DNA from: a virus
Virus record (IMG/VR): IMGVR_UViG_3300028666_000026
Location: 1 to 64,000 of that record
DNA: 64,000 bases
Direction: 5' to 3' (one strand)
Made by a program: the position numbers and the translations under genes
Shown: in pieces, positions 39,311 to 47,999 of the stretch
How positions within the stretch are numbered: the first letter of the stretch is position 1
How the letters are laid out: the number at the start of each line of letters is the position of its first letter
The notes under the pieces: generated by a model
What the model was told of the DNA's origin: nothing
Database searches by the model: none
Seen by the model: only the letters and a program-made list of their open reading frames with translations

Positions 39311-39903
39311 CAGTACGTTAATGTTAGTGGGCCGCGCCGGTGTAGAACTTCCCCACGGCGTGGGGCCGGACGCGGTATGCTAAGACCTGCCACCGTTGTG
39401 CCTTGAAAATCCTGAGTGCTGCGTGCGAAACCCGAGGCTTCTGATCCGCCAAAGGGTTTTACTGCATAGCGTGCTTCTACGCTGTGTGGCGTTCTTGCCG
39501 ATACGAGACGGCGAGCGACAACATCAGCCGGGTCAGGTCGAGGTATCTCACATTGGCATCTGCAACAGACGTTTGCTTGCTTACACCGCAGGAAGCTGGG
39601 CAGTTGGAACACTACGGCATCTGGCCAAATTGCAAGAAGGGTAATCACCGCCACATGTCAGCTAGGCAGGCAGAGGCAGGAGCCAAAGCTGGGTTGTTCA
39701 GATTTCTGGGTGGTGAAGGCACCAAGGTGCAGAGTCCTGTGAGCATGGTTGTAAGTACCAAAGTCAGGCAGTGGAAGCCTGTGCAGGCACGTAACACTGA
39801 TGGCTCATTGGTACTAGGTTTGAGAACTTGGGGTTTAGCACGACAGAGTTAGACGTCTGGCGGACCACTGCGTGGTTCCGTCATACACGAGCGGTTGATG
39901 AAT

Positions 39904-39976
39904 ACGAACGTAGCTCATTTGGTAGAGCACCAGGTTTTGGGCCTGGAGGCTGTCGGTCCGAGTCCGACCGTTCAAT
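39904..39976 (+). tRNA. tRNA-Gln (UUG) candidate
   Basis: D arm GCUC-AUUUGGUA-GAGC, anticodon stem CCAGG/CCUGG loop UUUUGGG, T arm GUCGG-UCCGAGU-CCGAC; acceptor has mismatches at 1-72/2-71. Confidence 0.4.
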
Positions 39977-39997
39977 GATTGAACCGCTACACTGGGA

Positions 39998-40069
39998 GTT
40001 GACATAGCTCAGAGGCAGAGCAGTTGATTCGTAATCAATAGGCCGGTGGTTCGATCCCACCTGTTGACT
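39998..40069 (+). tRNA. tRNA-Thr (CGU)
   Basis: Acceptor GUUGACA/UGUUGAC, D GCUC/GAGC, anticodon stem GUUGA/UCAAU loop UUCGUAA, T GGUGG-UUCGAUC-CCACC. Confidence 0.75.
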
Positions 40070-40325
40070 CCCTTGATGCTTTGAAGGCCGGACTGAGGAT
40101 TCGGAATAGCCTAGCCGTTTAACGTGAACGGCAAACAACGTGCGCAGAGGTTATGTGCCTCCTAAGCGTGGCGTTCCTTCAAAGCATCTTCAAGATTGAG
40201 TGTCCTAGTCCGAAACAGACTAGGTGGTGGAGGCGAGCCGTGAAAGGTTTGCCCCGTAAGTTAAGCATGTCAACACTGTGGTAGAAGCAATTTCGGACGT
40301 GGGTTCAATTCCCACCGAGTCCACC
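40070..40325 (+). ncRNA. tmRNA(ssrA)-like element with 3' tRNA-like domain and CCA
   Basis: 3' end AAUUUCGGACGUGGGUUCAAUUCCCACCGAGUCCACCA nearly identical in pattern to bacterial tmRNA 3' end; GGAUUCG near 5'; GCAAACAACG resembles resume-codon context. Confidence 0.4.
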
Positions 40326-40342
40326 AAAGAGTTCTGTGAGGA

Positions 40343-40585
40343 ATGACAATAACAGCGAAAGCTGATGGGCTGCGACTAAAGCGCGCAGACTATGCGAGCA
40401 GAACTCTTTTGTGGGCTCGTTCCGGTTTCGACGGAATTGACGAGCTACAGCTTCATGTCGGGATTGATGCTCACCGTAACGAGAATCAGCATAAAACTGC
40501 CACTCAACGTGTCAGCGAGAAGCGCAACAACGTGCTCGCCTTCCCTGTGAAGCGTCACGCTGCTGAACTTCAAATGGCTGCTTAA
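40343..40585 (+). CDS. hypothetical protein (first rightward gene)
   Basis: 80 aa, RBS GAGGA. Confidence 0.4.
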   Translation: MTITAKADGLRLKRADYASRTLLWARSGFDGIDELQLHVGIDAHRNENQHKTATQRVSEKRNNVLAFPVKRHAAELQMAA

Positions 40586-40922
40586 TCGCAGTCGGGGCAA
40601 GCCGGGTGATGCCTAGCAACAGAAGAGACCGGCAAGATAAGCGTGGCTGCTACGAGCCAGCCGGTGACTCTGGGATAAGCAGAGTGGACACAAGCAACAG
40701 CCGGAACAGCGTAGCCAGACGAGAGGTCCGACGTCTCGTCATTGAAGGGCATTTGAACTTTGTCTTTGAGTGCCCTTCGAGTTTGGGGAGCTGCAAACAC
40801 AGTAGCACAACACAGGCGTCTTAAGAGACACCTCGCGGCATGCGCCGCAATACGTTGTGCTGGGCAGCCATGGCGTGACGGGCAAGCATGCTGAGTCGCA
40901 CTTACCAATGGAGATAACTAAC

Positions 40923-41639
40923 ATGGCCACCGCTAAGAAGAAGCAGGGCGCGCCCAAAGCGTCAGCTTCATCGCGGGAGCGCCCATCGTCGCAGTCCAGA
41001 GCCGATGCACGCGCAGCGCGTAAAATAGCGTGGCGAGTAGGACATCGCAAAGTAATCGACGATATACAAGCTGCAAAACCCAGTGTGCCTGATCGTGTTG
41101 TAGGCATCATGGGCAAGTCCAAGCCTGATGTACAGGTGATTCGTACCGGCAAGATTGGCAGACCTCCCATTGCTTACACAGATGAGCTAGACGAGCAGCT
41201 ATTCGAGTTGATTGTGTCTGGTTTATCACTTGAGAAAATATCGCGTTTGTCCAACATGCCTAGTGTGTCTGTGCTCCTGTATTGGGTCGGAACGAAGACA
41301 CACCCGTTCTCAGCCACGTACGCGCGCGCTAAGGCGTTACTTGTCCCGCTTTACGAAGAACGCGCGATAGACCTGGCTACGGAGCGGCAAGAGGCAACCA
41401 TCCACGTGGTGCGTGACGGCGAAGATGGGTCTTACATCGAGACGCGGAGAGTAGACGCCGTGGAGCGCAGTAAGTTAGGTGTGTCTGCTTACCAGTGGGC
41501 ACTTGGGTGGATGGTGCCTAAGAAGCACGGACGCAATCCTGACGACGGCAACAAGGGACCCAACGAGCAGCTGAAGTCGCTGTTCGACAATCTCATGTCC
41601 GGGCCGGTATTGAAGCAAAAGAAGCAAGGAGTCAAGTGA
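40923..41639 (+). CDS. putative terminase small subunit
   Basis: Basic N-terminus, GRPPIAYTDELDEQLFELIVSGLSLEKISR HTH-like segment; directly upstream of TerL module. Confidence 0.5.
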   Translation: MATAKKKQGAPKASASSRERPSSQSRADARAARKIAWRVGHRKVIDDIQAAKPSVPDRVVGIMGKSKPDVQVIRTGKIGRPPIAYTDELDEQLFELIVSGLSLEKISRLSNMPSVSVLLYWVGTKTHPFSATYARAKALLVPLYEERAIDLATERQEATIHVVRDGEDGSYIETRRVDAVERSKLGVSAYQWALGWMVPKKHGRNPDDGNKGPNEQLKSLFDNLMSGPVLKQKKQGVK

Positions 41640-41724
41640 TGTCCTGGATACTTCCAGTTGGTGCGCTTGCCTTTTACATCTGGCTCGTCATAGTGTTTGT
41701 ACGACCACGTAGCAAGGAGTAAAC

Positions 41725-41979
41725 ATGAAGACTACTCGCACATTCGAAGAGTACGACCGGGACGGCAACCTGACACGCCGCGTTACTGAGACCGTGGAAA
41801 CGGCGGAGCCCAGTACTGAGCACTTCACATTGCCATTTGAGGGAATGTTCACCGCGCCGCCGCAGACACAGGTAGGCTCACCGTTTATTGGCCCGTATCG
41901 TATTGTCACGTATGGCGCGAACCAAGTGACTCCTACTTGCGGCTTGGCTGTCAGCGGATCGACAACACTGACGCAATGA
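41725..41979 (+). CDS. hypothetical protein
   Basis: 84 aa, RBS AAGGAG. Confidence 0.45.
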   Translation: MKTTRTFEEYDRDGNLTRRVTETVETAEPSTEHFTLPFEGMFTAPPQTQVGSPFIGPYRIVTYGANQVTPTCGLAVSGSTTLTQ

Positions 41980-42374
41980 CCACGGAGCCTCGCAAGAAGG
42001 CCATTTACGTCGGCGCGCCTGCTGCATTCAAACTGGAGCAGGCTTGTCAGATGATCAATGACGCGCTGCGGTCTAACGACGAGTCAGTGGGTTGCTGCTA
42101 CCTAGTAGGCTCGGCTCTCGAACGCGCTGACTGGCGAGACGTAGACGTACGGTACATCATGGCCGACGCGGCGTTCGAGAGCCTATTTCCGCGCGCCGGA
42201 CAGCACTGGGAGCACGACCCTCGGTGGCTACTTTTCACCGTGAGCATTGCCGCCTGGTTAGCTGAGTACACGGCGCTTCCCATTGACTTCCAGATACAGC
42301 CACAGACGCATGCCAATGCGCGTCATGCTGGTTCACGCTCGGCCTTGGGACTGAGAATTGCGAGGTCGGAATGA
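41976..42374 (+). CDS. hypothetical protein, minimal nucleotidyltransferase-like
   Basis: LVGSALERADWRDVDV resembles GS...DxD NTase motif; ATGA coupling. Confidence 0.35.
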   Translation: MTTEPRKKAIYVGAPAAFKLEQACQMINDALRSNDESVGCCYLVGSALERADWRDVDVRYIMADAAFESLFPRAGQHWEHDPRWLLFTVSIAAWLAEYTALPIDFQIQPQTHANARHAGSRSALGLRIARSE

Positions 42375-42523
42375 GGGTACCCAGTGACACGCTCTTGCTG
42401 GTTGAGGAGTCAGGCGTGCAGGCTTTAGTGGCCGTGCGCTTCAATAGCGAGGGTGCTGACTTTGAGTTCATAGTTGCTTTGGACGAAGATGGCGATACTG
42501 TCGTGGTTGAGGACGCAGCATGA
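42371..42523 (+). CDS. small acidic protein (50 aa)
   Basis: Hand-translated, ATGA coupling at both ends. Confidence 0.3.
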   Translation: MRVPSDTLLLVEESGVQALVAVRFNSEGADFEFIVALDEDGDTVVVEDAA

Positions 42524-43821
42524 ACACCATGACGCAGGACGCTCCCACTGAAGCAATCATGAAACCGTTCGGCGAGAAGGCGTGGAACTTCATCACGCGC
42601 GAGCCGAAGTATGACAAGAAGTACACCATTCTCGAGGGATCGGTTAGATCAAGTAAGACATTCACTATCGACGCCAAGACCATCGTGCAGTACAGTCAGT
42701 ACGAAGTACCGGGCAAGCGATTCATCGGCGGCGTGAGTAAGGACTCCGTACACCGTAATATGCTGCTGGACTTGTTCGCCATAGCAGGACGCGACAACTA
42801 CTCGTACAACATGGCTTCGGGCGAGCTGTTCCTGTTCGGCAAGCAATACTTCGTTGTTGGCGCTAAGGACGAAGCGTCATACAAGAAGATACTCGGGTCC
42901 ACCATCGGCTTATTCCTTGGCGACGAAATTGTTGAGTTTCCCAAGAGCTTCTTGGCCCAGGTGTGGATGCGTATGTCGCCCGACGGCGCACGCTTTGTAG
43001 GTTCCACCAACCCAGGTAATCCGTACTGCTATCTCAAGTCCGAAGTGATTGACAATCCGGACTTCGCGCCAAAGATGGAAGTGATTCACTTCGTCTTGGA
43101 CGACAACCCTAACATCAGTGCCGAGGCTAAGGCCGACATTGTCGCTTCTCAGTCCGGAGTGTTCAAACTCCGCTACATTGATGGACTGTGGGTCGTGGCC
43201 GAGGGCGCTATCTATCGTGATTGCTGGGATGAAGTTGAGAATCAGTTCAGCGGCGTGGTCACCGTCAATAGTAAGGAAGTGTTGCTGGCCGAGGAGCCGC
43301 CCGGACTACGTCACACTGGCGGACACGTTGATCACTGGTTCAGTGTCGATCCTGGTGTAGACCACCCGCAGGTACACCTTGAGTTCTTCGATGATGGCGA
43401 CATAGTCTGGTGCGTTCGTGAGCAGGTGTGGGATTCTCGCCTGGAGCGCAAGCAGAAGACCGACGGTCAGTACTCTAAAGACCTGCAGGACTTTGGCGCG
43501 CTGGGCCACGAAGTACGCGTGCCGCCCGAGGCTGCATCACTGAAGGCGCAGTTGCTGCTGGACGGCTTCTGGGTGGTAGATGCTGACAACGCCGTCACCG
43601 AGGGCATACATACTGTCAGCACCCTGCTGAGCCGCCGCAAGCTGCGCATCAGCAAGTCTGGTTGCCCACGGTTGAGCAAGCGCATACCCACTTACGCCTG
43701 GAATGACAAGGCCGCAGTACGTGGTGTTGAGGAGCCACTCAAGAAGGAAGACGACGAAGCTGACGCTTTCCGCTACGGCGTTCACGGCAAGATACCGCAG
43801 TGGCGCGTGATTGGCGGGTAG
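42520..43821 (+). CDS. terminase large subunit
   Basis: Walker A EGSVRSSKT, Walker B LFLGDEIVEF, C-terminal nuclease-like acidic residues. Confidence 0.85.
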   Translation: MNTMTQDAPTEAIMKPFGEKAWNFITREPKYDKKYTILEGSVRSSKTFTIDAKTIVQYSQYEVPGKRFIGGVSKDSVHRNMLLDLFAIAGRDNYSYNMASGELFLFGKQYFVVGAKDEASYKKILGSTIGLFLGDEIVEFPKSFLAQVWMRMSPDGARFVGSTNPGNPYCYLKSEVIDNPDFAPKMEVIHFVLDDNPNISAEAKADIVASQSGVFKLRYIDGLWVVAEGAIYRDCWDEVENQFSGVVTVNSKEVLLAEEPPGLRHTGGHVDHWFSVDPGVDHPQVHLEFFDDGDIVWCVREQVWDSRLERKQKTDGQYSKDLQDFGALGHEVRVPPEAASLKAQLLLDGFWVVDADNAVTEGIHTVSTLLSRRKLRISKSGCPRLSKRIPTYAWNDKAAVRGVEEPLKKEDDEADAFRYGVHGKIPQWRVIGG

Positions 43822-43846
43822 TAGGTCCTGCAAGGAGGACACGACA

Positions 43847-44293
43847 ATGACGAAGGTTGAGCTGATCGGGGCACAGGTGCGGTGGCTTAAAGTAGCCGCT
43901 CGGCGCGCCGCGTGGAAAGCGGCGTACGTTGCTGTTTGGTGGCTAGCTTGTAGGCTGGCTAAACTGTACATTTACGTGCGACACCAGCACGTTGGTTATG
44001 CGCTGGAAGATTTGAAGCGCCACACAATGTTGCTGCAGCAAGTCAAAGGCGAGTCGCCCAAGTACGCAGTGCGTAATGCTCAGTTGCAAGCAGCCTACGA
44101 CGCTTCATTCCGTGTGTCGCACGATCACATAGCGTGGTGTAATCCTACGTTGCAGATACGTGCTGTATTGGATTACATGACGGAAATACTTGATGGATTG
44201 GTATCGACCGACAGTGTGATGCAAGCCAAGTGTCGCACACTACGTCTTATGGTTGCCGGCACTGTCAACTTAGACAGTATTGCCAACAGCTGA
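43847..44293 (+). CDS. hypothetical protein
   Basis: RBS AAGGAGG; internal start chosen. Confidence 0.45.
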   Translation: MTKVELIGAQVRWLKVAARRAAWKAAYVAVWWLACRLAKLYIYVRHQHVGYALEDLKRHTMLLQQVKGESPKYAVRNAQLQAAYDASFRVSHDHIAWCNPTLQIRAVLDYMTEILDGLVSTDSVMQAKCRTLRLMVAGTVNLDSIANS

Positions 44294-44545
44294 CAAAGCA
44301 AGTAGCGCACGTCTAACTTTTAGTGGAGGTGCGATTGTTCCACATAGTTGTACTTTTGATTGTCATAGGCGTTCTGCTGTGGGTAGTTAACACGTACGTT
44401 CCCATGGACGGCAAGATCAAACAGCTTCTCAATGTCGTGGTGCTGCTATTCGTGGTACTGTGGCTACTCAGTGTGTTCGGAGTGTTTGCCTACATCGGCG
44501 ACGTAGCTCCTCCGCGTCTGCATCATTAAACAGGAGGCAAGCTGA

Positions 44546-45013
44546 ATGTGGTGGTGTCGCATCAAAGAGGTCATTGCGCTCCTACGTGAGATAGTCGAGC
44601 TACTCAAGGCTATCCTCCATTTACTTCATCAGCAAGGAAACCGCGTGCTGGGCGGCGTCATGTCCCAGATAGGAGAACCAATGGTTCCGATTCAACCAGG
44701 ACAATCCCCGAAGTTTCAAGTCACGCCTGAGTTCAGTGGTCCGGTATTTGCGCTGGACGGCACCAAGGCCGCAGTCACTACCAGCGATCTGGTCAACGCA
44801 CCAGCCGCGCTGGATTTGACGGATGATCCTACAGGCGCAACCTTCGTGCTCAACCTTACAGCAGGCGCAGTGATTGGCGCAGGCGGCGAGGCTATCATCG
44901 TCACCTGGACGTACACCAATCTAGACGGTACCGTGGCCACGGTCAATGGCACTGTCACCGAAGAGGGCATCGTCGACGACGTCACCGGCGGCACCTTCGC
45001 ACAGATCGCCTAA
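44546..45013 (+). CDS. hypothetical protein
   Basis: 155 aa, RBS AGGAGG. Confidence 0.45.
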   Translation: MWWCRIKEVIALLREIVELLKAILHLLHQQGNRVLGGVMSQIGEPMVPIQPGQSPKFQVTPEFSGPVFALDGTKAAVTTSDLVNAPAALDLTDDPTGATFVLNLTAGAVIGAGGEAIIVTWTYTNLDGTVATVNGTVTEEGIVDDVTGGTFAQIA

Positions 45014-45023
45014 CAAGTTCCCA

Positions 45024-45113
45024 AACTGCGCAGCTGGTTGCCATCGCGTTACACTTCCACTCACGGCAACGAGGGGACGGGGCTGAGAGGCCAGCTGCGC
45101 AGTCTTTTTATTT
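45024..45113 (+). terminator. rho-independent terminator (long-loop hairpin + T-run)
   Basis: AACTGCGCAGCTGG ... CCAGCTGCGCAGT 13-bp stem followed by CTTTTTATTT. Confidence 0.55.
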
Positions 45114-45298
45114 GTGAGGTACTGAGAAATGCGTAACGTACATCCTGTGCGTGCTACAGATGGTTTGCCTGAGTGGGCGGCGTTGCTGGGTTTGCTGCTG
45201 GCTTGGTACGAGAAGCACAAGGTGGACGAGGAAGTGGCGCGCAACCAGGAGTCTGGTTACAATCTTACCAAGTACAAACCAAAACCCAAAGGATTGTA

Positions 45299-45595
45299 AT
45301 GCAACACCTGGAACTTACAGCCAAAGAGATTGAGGCCATGAGCTTGTCACTACGCTGCGACAATGATCGCGAAGTGGCCAGCCTGATGGGCATCCCATAC
45401 AACAGTGTGAAGAAGCTCAAGAAGTACGCGTTTGACAAGCTAGGTTGCAGCAGTATGCTCGAGTTCGTGGTGATGGCGCAGGCGCAGAACGCATTGCAGC
45501 TTTGGTTGTGCGATGACATTACTTACGTCGCGCCACCCGCGCCTACGCGTCATCAGCTGCTTGCCGAGCAGTTGCGCAAGGAATACGCAGCATAG
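45299..45595 (+). CDS. LuxR/GerE-type HTH transcriptional regulator
   Basis: LTAKEIEAMSL...REVASLMGI..NSVKKLKKYAFDKLG matches LuxR C-terminal HTH. Confidence 0.6.
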   Translation: MQHLELTAKEIEAMSLSLRCDNDREVASLMGIPYNSVKKLKKYAFDKLGCSSMLEFVVMAQAQNALQLWLCDDITYVAPPAPTRHQLLAEQLRKEYAA

Positions 45596-45605
45596 GAGAG
45601 CGTCA

Positions 45606-45974
45606 ATGAGTGAGCCTCAAGTAGACATGACCAAGTGGGCCGATCGCGCCGCCACGCCTGAAGAAGTTCAGCTGGCGCAGCAGGCCGACCTGCCCGAAGG
45701 CCCCAAGCCTATCGCCGTGTTCATACCGGCCATTGACATCAGAATGCTTTACGCTGCGCGCACTTCGCCCGAGCAGTTCAATCAGTGCATACTGGCCAGG
45801 TTGAAAGACGCTGGCGCGCCGGTTGAAGGTACGATCCATTTGAAGCTGGCCCACGGAGCCGTCGCCAAGAAGAAGTCCAACCCGCTGGTGGACGAAGGCG
45901 GATTCACGTATCTTTGGTTGAGCGAAGAATATGTCCGCGCAATCATGACAGCGAAGGGCGGAGTATTGGGATGA
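45606..45974 (+). CDS. hypothetical protein
   Basis: RBS AGGAGAG, internal Met start. Confidence 0.45.
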   Translation: MSEPQVDMTKWADRAATPEEVQLAQQADLPEGPKPIAVFIPAIDIRMLYAARTSPEQFNQCILARLKDAGAPVEGTIHLKLAHGAVAKKKSNPLVDEGGFTYLWLSEEYVRAIMTAKGGVLG

Positions 45975-47215
45975 TACTAACGCGCGTTGCAGGCGTGTTC
46001 CCTGTGCTTGTGCGCGCGACGGACGCAGAGCCTGAGTTCGTCGAAACCAAGCATCCTCGTGATAAGGACGGCAAGTTTGCCAAGGGCAGTGGCGGCGGCG
46101 CTTCTAAGTCATTGCCCAAGGGTATGGAGCACTTTTCCGGTCAGCAATACAAGAACGCATCAGCGTTTATACAAGCCGCGCTGAAGGAGAATCTGGCCAG
46201 TAAATCCAATAAGTACAACAATGCGCAGATAGCTGAAGCAGCGCAGGCAATGTTCGGCACCAAGACTTCGCCGTTCACTGTTAACGGCTACAAGCACGCG
46301 GTGTACAACAAGAGCCCAGAAGGACAAGCGCTGCTGGCTGCCAAGAAGGCAGGAGTCAAGGCCAACAATGAAGTCATAGCTGCAGCGCCCACTTCGCCGG
46401 CAGCTGTTAAGGCCGCTGTGGCCAATGTTGTCAGCGGCGTGACTATGTTCGCCAGCGTTAAGAAGAACGGCGTGACAACGTTCGTGAAGTTGAACGGAGT
46501 GCCTAGTAACTTCAGCGGTGACATGGTCAAGCAGTACATAAAGGAGCTGGGCTACGACGCGTACAACGTATCGGAGTTCAACCCAAGTAAGCCAGCGCCG
46601 CCTTCTGTCACTGAATTGACAATCAGCCCAGAGGCAGCAGAAGCTGTACAGAAGGCAGCCAAGAAGAAGGCCGAGGCAGAAGCAGCTGAGTACGCAAAGG
46701 CAGCAGCGGCCAAGGCTGAGGCCAGTAAGCCAGTCACCAAGCATACCAGCCCTATTACGGCCAGCGAGATTGAAGTTATTGAGTCGTACACTAATGGTGC
46801 GTATGGCGCGATGAATAAAGCACTGCGCAATGGCACCAAGTTGTCCTCACAGGAAGCCATCAGAATTAAGCAGTTGGACCAGGCCATTGCCAAGTCGGTA
46901 TTGGAGAAACCGTGCACACTGCGACGCGGCATTTCTGCCACTGACATCGCCAGCGTTATAGGGCCCAGTCCCAAGGTTGGCGACGTTGTGATGGACAACG
47001 GCTTCATGTCTTCTTCTAAGGGCAAGGGATTTGGCGGCAATATTCGCATGACTATCAACATGCCTGCTGGGGCGCACGCGTTGGATGTGCAGAAGTGGTC
47101 TAATCACAGCAGTGAAATGGAAGTGATTTTGCCTCGTGGTTCCATGTTCGAGATCAAGAGTTTTGGCAAGACAGAATCAGGCGTAATGCTCGAGGTTGAC
47201 TATGTCACGGTTTGA
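45971..47215 (+). CDS. ADP-ribosyltransferase (R-S-E toxin type, T4 Alt-like) virion protein
   Basis: C-terminal domain with Arg (TLRRG), STS (FMSSS), E-x-E (SEMEV) in canonical order; YTNGAYGAMNKALR. Confidence 0.75.
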   Translation: MILTRVAGVFPVLVRATDAEPEFVETKHPRDKDGKFAKGSGGGASKSLPKGMEHFSGQQYKNASAFIQAALKENLASKSNKYNNAQIAEAAQAMFGTKTSPFTVNGYKHAVYNKSPEGQALLAAKKAGVKANNEVIAAAPTSPAAVKAAVANVVSGVTMFASVKKNGVTTFVKLNGVPSNFSGDMVKQYIKELGYDAYNVSEFNPSKPAPPSVTELTISPEAAEAVQKAAKKKAEAEAAEYAKAAAAKAEASKPVTKHTSPITASEIEVIESYTNGAYGAMNKALRNGTKLSSQEAIRIKQLDQAIAKSVLEKPCTLRRGISATDIASVIGPSPKVGDVVMDNGFMSSSKGKGFGGNIRMTINMPAGAHALDVQKWSNHSSEMEVILPRGSMFEIKSFGKTESGVMLEVDYVTV

Positions 47216-47999
47216 AACAGAAGCTGACCGCCAAGCGCGGTACACGTGGGACGCCACCTCTGGCGTAGAAGTGGTACGGCGTGGGGCTGGCAAGTCCATA
47301 GACCTGGAGAGCGTTATGTCCGCGGAAGCCAACGACGCAGTACTTCCTGTGCCAGTGTTGGGACGAGACGCGCTCCCACGCAGTGAAGCGATGAACGTTA
47401 CCAAATATAAAGGGTACGACATTTGGCCTCAGTACAGCGGTGGCAGTTTGAAATTTTTCTGGTACCGTCCCGGTGTGAAGAAGGCGCAGGGCTGGGCAAA
47501 GGATGAAGATTGGGCCAAGTTCTACATAGACCTGGATATAAAGAATAAGCGCGGTGCCAAAGACATGCGCACCGTTCCGTCCAAGCTGACCAACGCCTGC
47601 ATTTACTGCAACAACGACCATGATCCTGCCATTCAGTGCCGCAACACTGCCGGCAACCCAGCCAATGTGCAGGCCGGCAAGGTCAAGCCGGTGCCAATGC
47701 CAGGTATTGTGCGCAAGAAGGCTGTGAAGGTGGGGGACGAGGCTACTTCACGATGCAGAGAGTGCGGGCAGCGTATACCAGTTAAATCTGGTGAGCGTGG
47801 TTTGCAATTTTATGTTGAGCATAACAGGTTAGATGGCGTCATTTGTCCTAAAAGTGGTACGTGGGCTGCACAATATACTAAGGACTCAGCCAGAGCAAAG
47901 GACGTAACTTGCCGCAATTGTGGCGGAGAGCTTGCTGCTAAGGGACCGGGTACTGGGCTGTGCACTAGGTGTGCTAAGGACGTAGTACAGCCCGTATGA
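47196..47999 (+). CDS. hypothetical Cys-rich protein
   Basis: 267 aa with several CxxC pairs. Confidence 0.5.
   Translation: MTMSRFETEADRQARYTWDATSGVEVVRRGAGKSIDLESVMSAEANDAVLPVPVLGRDALPRSEAMNVTKYKGYDIWPQYSGGSLKFFWYRPGVKKAQGWAKDEDWAKFYIDLDIKNKRGAKDMRTVPSKLTNACIYCNNDHDPAIQCRNTAGNPANVQAGKVKPVPMPGIVRKKAVKVGDEATSRCRECGQRIPVKSGERGLQFYVEHNRLDGVICPKSGTWAAQYTKDSARAKDVTCRNCGGELAAKGPGTGLCTRCAKDVVQPV

Noticed and set aside
39484-39852. 122-aa plus-strand ORF before the tRNAs
   Set aside because: It overlaps two other ORFs on both strands, has no RBS and an implausible composition, and the region forms GC-rich nested hairpins. It is more likely non-coding leader RNA.
40270-40325. Stand-alone canonical tRNA ending in GGUUCAAUUCC...CCA at 40325
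   Set aside because: No 5' acceptor strand (needs GGACUCG) or D/anticodon arms could be placed in the preceding 90 nt. The 3' end instead matches the tmRNA tRNA-like domain, so it is reported as a tmRNA-like element.
46160-47107. Minus-strand ORFs (194, 169, 86 aa) inside the ADP-ribosyltransferase gene
   Set aside because: They are antisense to a plus-strand gene with clear catalytic motifs and RBS. Their low-complexity L/C/S-rich translations indicate shadows.
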